From positions 1 through 42,041 of the forward strand of contig DAICZV010000001.1 of the NCBI GenBank assembly GCA_027310975.1: a DNA stretch of 42,041 nucleotides, in the 5' to 3' direction. Of the stretch, positions 1 to 7,324 are shown piece after piece. The notes below the pieces were generated by a model. That model saw only the letters and a program-made list of their open reading frames with translations, searched no databases and was not told where the DNA came from. Numbering within the stretch: the first letter of the stretch is position 1; each line of letters opens with the position of its first letter. The position numbers and the translations under genes are program-made. This DNA is from a bacterium (GTDB lineage: Bacteria; Patescibacteriota; Minisyncoccia; UBA6257; GWB1-50-10).

Positions 1-98
1 CTCGCTCTCGGCCTCGCTCTCCTTCGACGCGGCTCAGGAACCATGCCCGCTCGGCCTGCGAGACGGTTTTCTTAGCGAAATGACTTCTCCATTTTGAA

Positions 99-128
99 AT
101 AAAAAAGAGCATCTAATTATAGATGCTC
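99..128 (-). terminator. Rho-independent terminator after the 131-aa membrane protein gene
   Basis: 9-bp stem gagcatcta/tagatgctc (107-128). On the minus strand it is followed by TTTTTTATTTC. Confidence 0.6.
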
Positions 129-151
129 CCGCTTGAAATATTTTCAAGCAA

Positions 152-547
152 TTACTTCCTGTTAACATGATCGACAAAAATCCCGGACACGCCCCACGGC
201 GCATCATTGTCGTAGCATATCCTCCACCCTGTGACCTTCCACTCGGGATTAACCTTCTCAAACGTGTTGATTATTTGAAGTATTTTCCCGGCGTGTCTGT
301 GAATTGGTCGGATATCCTTAAATTGGTCAAGTGGAATGTAGCTGTGGTCCCCGACCGTTTCAAATGACATCTCCTGTGTCATTGTCGTGTAGCTTCTGGC
401 CTCAATGACTGTGAAGCCATTTTGTGGCCTTCCAGGCGGCGGTGGAGATGATACTACGGTGCCAGGCGTGCTCGGTCTTAGTAATGCCAATACGGCGATT
501 ATGGCGAGAAATCCCGCCGCAGTGAGTACCACTGTTTTTGTTTTCAC
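152..547 (-). CDS. Hypothetical membrane-anchored protein (131 aa, GTG start)
   Basis: N-terminal TM helix VVLTAAGFLAIIAVLALL followed by a Pro-rich linker. AAGGAGG lies 6 nt upstream of the GTG. I recognise no family. Confidence 0.6.
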   Translation of the reverse strand: MKTKTVVLTAAGFLAIIAVLALLRPSTPGTVVSSPPPPGRPQNGFTVIEARSYTTMTQEMSFETVGDHSYIPLDQFKDIRPIHRHAGKILQIINTFEKVNPEWKVTGWRICYDNDAPWGVSGIFVDHVNRK

Positions 548-645
548 GATTTACCTCCTTAATATTAAGCTCTGAATGTACGCCATCAAAAATTTGATGA
601 TATCAAAATAATAGAACTATCGGCGCTATTTGTCAAACAGAGCGG

Positions 646-1950
646 TTACTCGTAGAGTCCTGGTTTCGCAAGCCAGACGGGCGATTGGCGCACCAAGAGT
701 TCCTTGGCCTTCAATGGTTCGGCCATCAGTTCTTTCACTATCTTCTCCATCCGGACGCCTTGCGAGCCCTTCACGAGAATGAGGTCGCCGTTTTTAACGC
801 GCTCGGCGAGCCAGGCGCCGGCCTCGGCGACGGATTCAAAGCTCGCGATATCCTTCTTCGGCATCTTGGCGGAAGTGGCCGCCTCGGCGATGAATTTGGC
901 GCGGACGCCCACCGTGACGAGGATATCGGCGGATTTCGCGGCCAACTTGCCTATCTCTTTATGGGCCTCCATCGTGTATTTGCCGAGTTCCAGCATATCT
1001 CCAAGCACGGCGATCTTCCTTTTGGCTTTTATATCCTTGAGCGTTTCCAAAGCCGCGGACATGGCTCGGGGCGAGGCGTTGTACGTGTCGTCTATGAGCA
1101 TACCGCCCTTGAGGGCCGGTATCGCCCGCAGACGGCCCGCGGGGCCGCGATAATTTCCCAAAGCTTCGGATATCTTAACGAGGTTCATTCCGAAAACAAG
1201 GCCCACCGCCGCGGCGACGGCCGAGGAATAAGCGGCGGTTCGGCCGAAAACGCCCTCTATCCGCACCGGCACGAAACTGCCGCCGTAGTTAAGTTTGAAG
1301 GATATCCCCGCTTCGCCGGTTTCCGGGTCAAAGCGGTCCTTGAAGTTGGTGATGTGCAGTTCCGCCTTTGGGTCAAAGCCGAAGGTTACGACGTGCGCCC
1401 GCGTCTGCTCCCTCATTTTAACGACCGCCTTGTCGTCGGCGTTCAAGATGGCGAAACCGGTCGCCGGCAGAAAGCTCACGAGCTTGGATTTTTCCTTAGC
1501 GACGCCTTCCGGTCCGGAAAAAAACTCCACGTGCACCGGAATTTCGCCTACCGCCGTCACGGCGCCGATTTGGGGCTTGGCGACGCTCAAAAGATAGTTC
1601 ATGTCCCCCGGCCGGTCCACGCCGTATTCCAGGACGAGCACCTCCGGATAATCAGCGGTAATGACGAGATTTTTAAGGCCCTTCCAAACGGCGCGGAACC
1701 AGACCCCGAGCCCTTCCGTGGATTCAAAGTCGCCGATGATGTTCAAGGGCAGCCCCAGCTCGTTGTTGAAATTTTTGGCTGAAGCGCGGGTGCTGCGGTC
1801 GGCGGAAAGCACCGCCGCAATCGCAAGCTTGGCCGAGGTCTTGCCGACATTGCCGGTCACGCCCACGACAGCCGGCTTGTATTTAACGAGCGTCAGCCGC
1901 GCGATGAAGCGCAGTTTCCAGGCAATAATTTTCAGGATTAGTTCCTTCAT
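646..1950 (-). CDS. murF: UDP-N-acetylmuramoyl-tripeptide--D-alanyl-D-alanine ligase (MurF)
   Basis: Mur ligase P-loop GVTGNVGKTSAK and the MurF-typical IDDTYNASP motif. 434 aa, located in the dcw cluster. Confidence 0.85.
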   Translation of the reverse strand: MKELILKIIAWKLRFIARLTLVKYKPAVVGVTGNVGKTSAKLAIAAVLSADRSTRASAKNFNNELGLPLNIIGDFESTEGLGVWFRAVWKGLKNLVITADYPEVLVLEYGVDRPGDMNYLLSVAKPQIGAVTAVGEIPVHVEFFSGPEGVAKEKSKLVSFLPATGFAILNADDKAVVKMREQTRAHVVTFGFDPKAELHITNFKDRFDPETGEAGISFKLNYGGSFVPVRIEGVFGRTAAYSSAVAAAVGLVFGMNLVKISEALGNYRGPAGRLRAIPALKGGMLIDDTYNASPRAMSAALETLKDIKAKRKIAVLGDMLELGKYTMEAHKEIGKLAAKSADILVTVGVRAKFIAEAATSAKMPKKDIASFESVAEAGAWLAERVKNGDLILVKGSQGVRMEKIVKELMAEPLKAKELLVRQSPVWLAKPGLYE

Positions 1951-1959
1951 GGTGCGTTT

Positions 1960-3603
1960 TTATGGCGGGGTGGTCTTCCAATTGCCGACGTGCGGCGGCG
2001 AGGTGATGGCGTTTTGCGGATTGTCCGGCGTGATATTTTCATAGTTCAAAGCGAACTCGGCGAGCTGCCGCCAGGCGGGCACGACGGTGAGGACCGCCAA
2101 ATCGCCGATGCGCGGATTATCCAGTTTTACGAGAAGCACGAGCTTGGGATCGGTGGCGGGGACGGTCCCGACGAAGGTGTGAATGTAGTTCGCCGTATAG
2201 CCGCCGTGCACCAAATCGGGAATCTGGGCCGTGCCTGTCTTTCCCGCCACGTGGAAGGAAGGGATGTTGGCGACGCCGCCGCCCTCCGCGGCCGCCTCCA
2301 TCATGGTAACCACCTCAGATGCGGTGGACGAAGAGATAATGCGCCGCACGACCTTCGGGCCGAGGGCGGAGTTCAAATAAGGCCGCATTAAGAGGCCGCC
2401 GTTCGCGAGGACGCTGTAGGCGTTGGTGAGCTGCAAAGGAGTGACGCCAATCCCCTGGCCGAAAGCGGCGGTGGCGAAATCAACGTCCTGGGCGCCCGGG
2501 CGCGTGAGGTTTACGGTTCGGCCGGGCACTTCGCTCGGCAGGTCCACGCCGGTCAAAGCGCCGAAGCCGAAGTTGAAGACGCCCTGGGTGAAGAGCTTAT
2601 CGCCGATTTGCTGCTGCGCCCAGACGGCGCCGGTGTTGATGGAGTGCATTAAGACCTCCGTCATGCTCGTGCCGGGGCCGTAGGCGTGATGGTCATAGTT
2701 TAATATCTTTTTCCCGTTCAAAACGATATAGCCGGGGTCGGTGTACACAGTGCTGGAAGTTAATATGCCGTCATTGATGCCGATGGCCATGGTAATCGGC
2801 TTGAAGGCGGAGCCCGGTTCGTAGAAATATTGCGTGCCGGGGTTCATGAAGCTCGCGACCGACGAGCTCGCGTAATTGTTCGGGTCAAACCCAGGTTCGT
2901 TCGCAAAGGCCAGGATGGCGCCGGTTTGCGGGTTTTCAATGAGGATGGTGCCGCCGTCGGCGTTATGGTCCGTCACCAGATTCTGGAGCAATTGTTCGGC
3001 CTGGGCTTGGAGCGTCCGGTCAATGGTCGTCTGGATATTATCGCCCGCGGCGAGTTCACTGTTGTATTCCGCCTCCAATCCGTAGAGTCCGGCCGGCTGG
3101 GACGCGGAACTCGTGAAACCGACGAAGCCGAGTATCTGAGCGGCGAGCGAGCCGAAGGGGTAATAACGGTAGTTCTTTTGGTCGGTGTAAATTCCGTTCA
3201 GCTTCAAGCCGTCCACGGCGGTCGCCTCGTCGGGCGAGGCCTTTTCCACGAGCATTCTAAAGAGGCTCTTGGGATTATTAAGCGCCTTCGCGAGCGCGTC
3301 CGGCTGCCAGCCGATTACGGGCGCGAGGGCGGCGGCCGTGGATGTCGGGTCGGTTATTTCTTGAGGGACGGCGTAGATGACCGGATAGGCCTGATCCATG
3401 GCGGCCGGGATCTGATTGTTGTTACGGTCGGTAAAAAAAATCTGCCCCCGGGCCAGGTCGGACTGGGCGAGAGCTTGATTGCGCGCCTCGGCGCGGGCGA
3501 AGTAATAATCCCCTTTTTCTATCTGCAGACGGAATAAATTGAAGCCTAAAAGGCCGAAAATGAGGCCAAAGACAGAGGTTAAAAAGATGAATCGGAAACC
3601 CAT
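1960..3603 (-). CDS. ftsI: Class B penicillin-binding protein / peptidoglycan D,D-transpeptidase (FtsI-like)
   Basis: N-terminal TM anchor, SxxK (SAFK), SxN (SIN) and KTG (KTGTA) motifs, dcw context. Confidence 0.85.
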   Translation of the reverse strand: MGFRFIFLTSVFGLIFGLLGFNLFRLQIEKGDYYFARAEARNQALAQSDLARGQIFFTDRNNNQIPAAMDQAYPVIYAVPQEITDPTSTAAALAPVIGWQPDALAKALNNPKSLFRMLVEKASPDEATAVDGLKLNGIYTDQKNYRYYPFGSLAAQILGFVGFTSSASQPAGLYGLEAEYNSELAAGDNIQTTIDRTLQAQAEQLLQNLVTDHNADGGTILIENPQTGAILAFANEPGFDPNNYASSSVASFMNPGTQYFYEPGSAFKPITMAIGINDGILTSSTVYTDPGYIVLNGKKILNYDHHAYGPGTSMTEVLMHSINTGAVWAQQQIGDKLFTQGVFNFGFGALTGVDLPSEVPGRTVNLTRPGAQDVDFATAAFGQGIGVTPLQLTNAYSVLANGGLLMRPYLNSALGPKVVRRIISSSTASEVVTMMEAAAEGGGVANIPSFHVAGKTGTAQIPDLVHGGYTANYIHTFVGTVPATDPKLVLLVKLDNPRIGDLAVLTVVPAWRQLAEFALNYENITPDNPQNAITSPPHVGNWKTTPP

Positions 3604-3890
3604 TGCGCTGATGACAAATATTGCGGTTTGTTATCCAGGGTCAATGAGTACGTCGCGGCGAGCGCCTCCAATTTCACCGGATCCGTCGCCTGGTAAAGGC
3701 TGTTTTGGAGCGCTGTCCCTTGAGTTTGCGCGGCGGCGATCTGCGACTTCAGAGAATTGACCTGATAACGGGCGTTTACCAATGAATTATACTCAATGAC
3801 GTAGAAAACGCCACCGACAAGAAGCGCGAGGAACATCAACGCGAAGAATTTAACGTACGTTTTATGAAAATTAGGTTTGAATATGGTCAT
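3579..3890 (-). CDS. FtsL-like small bitopic cell-division protein
   Basis: 103 aa with a single TM helix (FFALMFLALLVGGVFYVI) followed by a coiled-coil-like segment. It sits between rsmH and ftsI. The call rests on position and architecture only. Confidence 0.55.
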   Translation of the reverse strand: MTIFKPNFHKTYVKFFALMFLALLVGGVFYVIEYNSLVNARYQVNSLKSQIAAAQTQGTALQNSLYQATDPVKLEALAATYSLTLDNKPQYLSSAQWVSDSSF

Positions 3891-3899
3891 GTTGTTTTA

Positions 3900-4796
3900 T
3901 TATTTGAACTTTATCGCCCTTAATTTTGCCGACCGGCTCCGCGGATTGGCGCTGGTTTCGGCGCGGCCGGGCGTAATTGGTTTTTTGACTATGAGATCGG
4001 CCTTTTTGTTCGTAGCGAGATCGCGGAAGGCGTTCTTGACCAGGCGGTCTTCCAACGAATGAAAGGAGATGATTGCCACCCGGCCGCCGTCTGTCATTAT
4101 TTCCGGCAAGGCCGCGAGTATCGTCTCCAGGTTTTTAAGCTCGCCGTTCACGTATATCCGCAGGGCCTGGAAGGCCTTGGTCGCCGGGTGGATATGGTGT
4201 CCGGCGGAACCCTTGCCGTCCTTCGGCATGGCGCTTTCAATTATCCGCACCAGGTCTTCGGTCGTCATGATGCGCGTCTCGCGCCTGCGTTCCACTATCT
4301 TTTTTGCGATGCGGCGGGCGAACCTTTCTTCGCCGTAGTGGAAGATAATGTCGGCCAGGGCCTCTTCGCCGAAACTGTTCACGACTTGGGAAGCCGTCGG
4401 CCGTTCCTCATCGCTCCGGTCGTAGCGCATGTCCAGCGGTTCGTTCCGCATGAAGCTGAATCCGCGGCCGGAACTTTGGAGCTGGTCGGAAGAGAGGCCA
4501 AGGTCCAGGACCAGGCCGTCCGCCTTCGGCGTCTGGAGTTTTTTCATGAGCTCCGGAATGTTGGCGTAATTTTCATGGGCCAAGATGACGTTGCCGCGGT
4601 TCGTGACCTCCGGGCGAAAGGCCTCCAAGGCCTTTTCGTCCCAATCCAGTCCGAGGAAAAGCCCCCGGCCCTTGGTGTGCTCCAATATTTCCCGGGCGTG
4701 GCCGCCGGCGCCGATGGTCCCGTCAATGAAGAAGTCACCCGGCTTAGGCTCCAAGACCTTGATAGTTTCCTTTAAAAGAACGGGAGTGTGGGACAT
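3900..4796 (-). CDS. rsmH: 16S rRNA (cytosine1402-N4)-methyltransferase RsmH
   Basis: DGTIGAGGHA SAM-binding motif, DLGLSSDQL motif, position after mraZ. Confidence 0.9.
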   Translation of the reverse strand: MSHTPVLLKETIKVLEPKPGDFFIDGTIGAGGHAREILEHTKGRGLFLGLDWDEKALEAFRPEVTNRGNVILAHENYANIPELMKKLQTPKADGLVLDLGLSSDQLQSSGRGFSFMRNEPLDMRYDRSDEERPTASQVVNSFGEEALADIIFHYGEERFARRIAKKIVERRRETRIMTTEDLVRIIESAMPKDGKGSAGHHIHPATKAFQALRIYVNGELKNLETILAALPEIMTDGGRVAIISFHSLEDRLVKNAFRDLATNKKADLIVKKPITPGRAETSANPRSRSAKLRAIKFK

Positions 4797-4806
4797 CGGG
4801 TATTTA

Positions 4807-5238
4807 TCAAATTCCCAGCTCTCCCAATTTTTCCGCTATTTCGTCCGACGCGGATTCGGTCTTTTGCTTGTACGTTTGCCATTCCGCCTCGTCCCAAATC
4901 TCCATCCGGTTGTAGAGCCCGGTGATGACCGCTTGCTTGGAAAGGCCGGCGTAATGGCGCAGATAATCCGGTAGGAGTATTCTCCCCTGTCCGTCCAGCT
5001 TAACGTCGCTCGCTCCGGCGAGCATCAAGCGCACGAAGGCGCGGGAGTTCGCCTGGGCCAGGGGCAGGGCGGTCAGCTTCTGGACCAGCGTTTCCCATTC
5101 GTTCAGGCCGAAAACGAACAAACACTTATCAAGTCCCCGAGTGATTATGGCCCCCGCCTGGAACTTTTCTCGGAATTTGGCCGGCAGGGCCACCCGACCT
5201 TTGGTATCAACGCTATGTTTAAATTCGCCCAGTATCAT
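4807..5238 (-). CDS. mraZ: Transcriptional regulator MraZ
   Basis: 143 aa. N-terminus FKHSVDTKGRVALPAKFRE and a second DGQGRILLP repeat (duplicated SpoVT/AbrB-type fold). First gene of the dcw block. Confidence 0.9.
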   Translation of the reverse strand: MILGEFKHSVDTKGRVALPAKFREKFQAGAIITRGLDKCLFVFGLNEWETLVQKLTALPLAQANSRAFVRLMLAGASDVKLDGQGRILLPDYLRHYAGLSKQAVITGLYNRMEIWDEAEWQTYKQKTESASDEIAEKLGELGI

Positions 5239-5252
5239 TGATATTTTGTTGG

Positions 5253-5302
5253 GTTATCCCCAGATTGAGGGGTTATCCCCAGGTTTATCCACTTTCCCCC
5301 AC
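5253..5302 (-). promoter_or_regulatory. Candidate MraZ operator: phased TGGGG/TGGAT repeats
   Basis: Minus strand reads GTGGGGGAAAGTGGATAAACCTGGGGATAACCCCTCAATCTGGGGATAAC. The TGG starts are at 5301, 5291, 5281 and 5262, giving spacings of 10, 10 and 19 nt. The array lies between the -10 box and the mraZ ATG. Confidence 0.45.
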
Positions 5303-5313
5303 TTACATACACA

Positions 5314-5322
5314 ATTATATCA
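5314..5322 (-). promoter_or_regulatory. Extended -10 promoter element TGATATAAT upstream of mraZ
   Basis: Minus strand TGATATAAT, located 12 nt upstream of the TGGGG repeats and 75 nt upstream of the mraZ ATG. Confidence 0.45.
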
Positions 5323-5341
5323 TTATGCAGGGATACTAAAA

Positions 5342-5360
5342 CACCGCCCCGGGAGGCGGT
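5342..5360 (-). terminator. Possible weak terminator hairpin
   Basis: Minus strand ACCGCC-TCCCGG-GGCGGT followed by GTTTTAG. The U-tract is short. Confidence 0.35.
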
Positions 5361-5451
5361 TCGTATAAGCACCCCCTTGTTTACTGGCGTTTTGACTCTC
5401 TCTGGACCGGAGTTATCAACAACTTGCATTTCCCCACTCTTTTGTTTTGTT

Positions 5452-5494
5452 TTTAAAAAAATACCCTTCGCACATATGTTCAATATGCGAAGGG
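5452..5494 (-). terminator. Rho-independent terminator after the 183-aa membrane protein gene
   Basis: Minus strand CCCTTCGCA...TGCGAAGGG (9-bp GC-rich stem) followed by TATTTTTTTAAAAAC. Confidence 0.7.
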
Positions 5495-5509
5495 CAATGG
5501 AGCTCAAGA

Positions 5510-6061
5510 TTATTTTGGGAGGGTGGCAGCCCGGCTAACTGGCTCGTCTTTGAGCGCTATTGAACCAATTAACATGACTACGCCGGCAATTATGACGGCG
5601 AATCCGAATCCGAGGTGGAAACGGAAGCCGAGCCCAAGCGTGGGCAGGAAGCCCAAAATGAAAGAGACTAGATATATTCCCTGGAAACCACGGGACGTGC
5701 TGATTGCAAAAATCAGCAGAAAGAACACTCCGATGTCTATGGCGTACAAAGATGAACCGGTAACCAGCAAGAGGATGCCGCCGATAGCCCCCAGGACGCC
5801 TCCGTATGCAGAAGCGGTGGAGATGCTGTCTTCGTGTTTTGCATAATGTTCATTACGGTTCACCTTTATATAGGCGCGCATCATCCCCCAAAGCAGCGGG
5901 ACGATGAACCCGGCGACCATGTCGGCAATCGCTGTTTTCTCCGTTACCGTTGCCCCAGTGGCCTTTTGGAAGAAACCCCAGAACGCCATAATGAGAACTA
6001 AGGACAGAGCGGCCCAGGTTAAGGTCTCCCTTGAGAGATATTCCCTCTTGTCCGTTTCCAT
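5510..6061 (-). CDS. Hypothetical polytopic membrane protein (183 aa)
   Basis: Several hydrophobic helices. Strong RBS AAAGGAGGTAGTAG directly before the ATG. No recognisable family. Confidence 0.6.
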   Translation of the reverse strand: METDKREYLSRETLTWAALSLVLIMAFWGFFQKATGATVTEKTAIADMVAGFIVPLLWGMMRAYIKVNRNEHYAKHEDSISTASAYGGVLGAIGGILLLVTGSSLYAIDIGVFFLLIFAISTSRGFQGIYLVSFILGFLPTLGLGFRFHLGFGFAVIIAGVVMLIGSIALKDEPVSRAATLPK

Positions 6062-6132
6062 CTACTACCTCCTTTGTTTTTTGTTTACGTGAAGAACCGA
6101 TAGCGATAATGCCATATCTTTATGGTTTGGTC

Positions 6133-6164
6133 AACGAAAGACCGCTCCGATATTTTCGGAGCGG
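6133..6164 (-). terminator. Terminator downstream of truB
   Basis: Minus strand CCGCTCCG-AAAATAT-CGGAGCGG followed by TCTTTCGTT. Confidence 0.5.
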
Positions 6165-6277
6165 CTTTGAATGCGGGTGCCCCAGGCACGAAGGCCCGGG
6201 GCAGGAGAAAAGAGGGAGGTTGTGGCCTTTTTTCAACTCCCTTAGGCCGGCCACAGGATCTCCTAAGGGATGCGCAA

Positions 6278-6916
6278 CTATTTTACCAAATCGGTTATGG
6301 GGATACAATCGTCTTTCCGAAAATCTCCTACCCGCACCCGTTCCAGCGCGGCAATATAACCGCCGGTGCCGAGCGCTTGGCCGATATCGCGGGCCAGAGA
6401 CCGGATATAAACGCCGGGGCCGGTCACCGCTTTGATTTTCAAGTTAGGCCATTCATACGACATGAGTTTAAGCTCTTTTACTATGACGCGCCGCGGCTTC
6501 AGCTCCGGCGTCTGGCCGCTCCGCGCCGTTTTGTAGGCCCTTCGGCCGGCCACTTTAACGGCGCTGTAGGCCGGCGGCACCTGGTCTATTTCGCCGACGA
6601 AATTCGGCAAGATGTTGGCGATACCCTCTTGGGTGGGCCGCGGCGGATTAGCGACAGGCGTTTTATTCCCCTCCGCATCGTCGGTCGTGCTCCACTCGCC
6701 TAATCTGATCGTGGCAATGTACTCCTTTTCTTTATTTACGATGGAGCTTAGGAGTTTGGTGCTTTGCCCCGTCGCGATGACCAGAACCCCTTCCGCCAAC
6801 GGGTCCAGCGTGCCGGCATGGCCGACGCGCCGCTCCCCCGTCGCCCGGCGGACCCGGTCAACCATGTCGTGCGATGTCGGGCCTTTCGGTTTCCAAACGG
6901 CGAAGATGCGTTCCAT
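6278..6916 (-). CDS. truB: tRNA pseudouridine(55) synthase TruB
   Basis: VGHAGTLDPLAEGVL catalytic-Asp motif. I start the gene at MERIFAVWKPKGPTSHD (6916), because the longer ORF (to 6970) would run through the structured tRNA-Val trailer. Confidence 0.85.
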   Translation of the reverse strand: MERIFAVWKPKGPTSHDMVDRVRRATGERRVGHAGTLDPLAEGVLVIATGQSTKLLSSIVNKEKEYIATIRLGEWSTTDDAEGNKTPVANPPRPTQEGIANILPNFVGEIDQVPPAYSAVKVAGRRAYKTARSGQTPELKPRRVIVKELKLMSYEWPNLKIKAVTGPGVYIRSLARDIGQALGTGGYIAALERVRVGDFRKDDCIPITDLVK

Positions 6917-7022
6917 TGGTGGGCGTTGCTGGGACCCCGGTAGTATCAGCTTCGCTGAACTACGGGGCAAGTCGAACCGTATTAGGGCCTTTGCAATGCT
7001 TGCCCCGTTGCAAATTTTCCTG
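6917..7022 (-). ncRNA. Structured trailer of tRNA-Val (copy A of a tRNA-linked hairpin element)
   Basis: Contains the hairpin CCCCGTAGT-TCAGC-GAA-GCTGA-TACTACCGGGG (6967-6935) and ends GCAACGCCC-ACCA immediately before the truB ATG. Two related copies occur at 33107-33198 and 33271-33395. Confidence 0.5.
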
Positions 7023-7094
7023 TGCGCCTTGGAAGGATCGAACTTCCGACCTTTCCGATGTGAACGGAACGCTCTACCACTGAGCTAAAGGCGC
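7023..7094 (-). tRNA. tRNA-Val (anticodon CAC)
   Basis: Manual cloverleaf: GCGCCTT TA GCTC AGTGGTA GAGC G TTCCG TTCACAT CGGAA AGGTC GGAAG TTCGATC CTTCC AAGGCGC A. 72 nt, CCA not encoded. Confidence 0.9.
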
Positions 7095-7136
7095 GTACGA
7101 ATTTGCAATGGGGTGAATGCAACGCCCCACGCCGTT

Positions 7137-7165
7137 AGAATAGATAAAAATAGGTTTTCTGGCAA
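7137..7165 (-). promoter_or_regulatory. Candidate sigma70-type promoter for the tRNA-Val/truB transcript
   Basis: Minus strand TTGCCA-17 nt-TATTCT. The predicted start is about 7128-7130, right at the 5' strand (GGGCGTTGC) of the terminal helix. Confidence 0.4.
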
Positions 7166-7172
7166 CCAATAC

Positions 7173-7228
7173 AATGTATGGGAGCTTCGCTCCCATACAT
7201 TCTTGTAACGGAGCTGAGCTCCGTTACA
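7173..7228. repeat. Two tandem REP-like perfect palindromes
   Basis: The two palindromes are AATGTATGGGAGC-TTCG-GCTCCCATACATT (7173-7202) and TGTAACGGAGC-TGA-GCTCCGTTACA (7204-7228). They belong to the same word family as the hairpin at 38906-38934. Confidence 0.7.
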
Positions 7229-7242
7229 TTTACATTGCGGGT

Positions 7243-7272
7243 ATAAAAATAGCGGGCCTTATGGGTCCGCTT
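7243..7272 (-). terminator. Terminator after the 73-aa ORF
   Basis: Minus strand AGCGGACCC-ATAA-GGCCCGCT followed by ATTTTTATACC. Confidence 0.55.
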
Positions 7273-7324
7273 GGATTGATTTATTTCGGAGCGGTGTTTT
7301 CGCCCCTTAAATTCTGCCCCTGCT

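Noticed and set aside
1-75. A possible 3' end of a plus-strand gene at the window edge (frame 1 is open to the TAG at 73-75).
   Set aside because: Only 24 codons are visible with no recognisable motif, so it cannot be distinguished from non-coding sequence.
685-1782. Long antisense or alternative-frame ORFs. Examples: 685-1782 (+) opposite murF, 4059-4775 (+) opposite rsmH, 10760-11689 (+) opposite gyrB, 34266-35090 (-) opposite dprA, 36536-37183 (-) opposite topA and 40827-41651 (+) opposite ribosomal protein genes.
   Set aside because: Each lies opposite a gene with unmistakable family motifs. Their translations are Arg/Gly/Ala/Pro-rich low-complexity sequence typical of GC-rich antisense frames. 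None has an RBS or promoter context.
5249-5302. A cluster of DnaA-box-like words (TTATCCCCA twice, TTATCCACT) that might mark a replication origin.
   Set aside because: Each word deviates from TTATNCACA. The 10-bp phasing directly upstream of mraZ fits an MraZ operator better. There is no dnaA or dnaN nearby, no adjacent AT-rich unwinding element, and no change in gene orientation.
6917-6970. The longer truB ORF starting at 6970.
   Set aside because: The extra 18 codons (MPRSSAKLILPGSQQRPP) overlap the conserved tRNA-Val trailer hairpin. TruB homology begins at MERIFAVWKPKGPTSHD.
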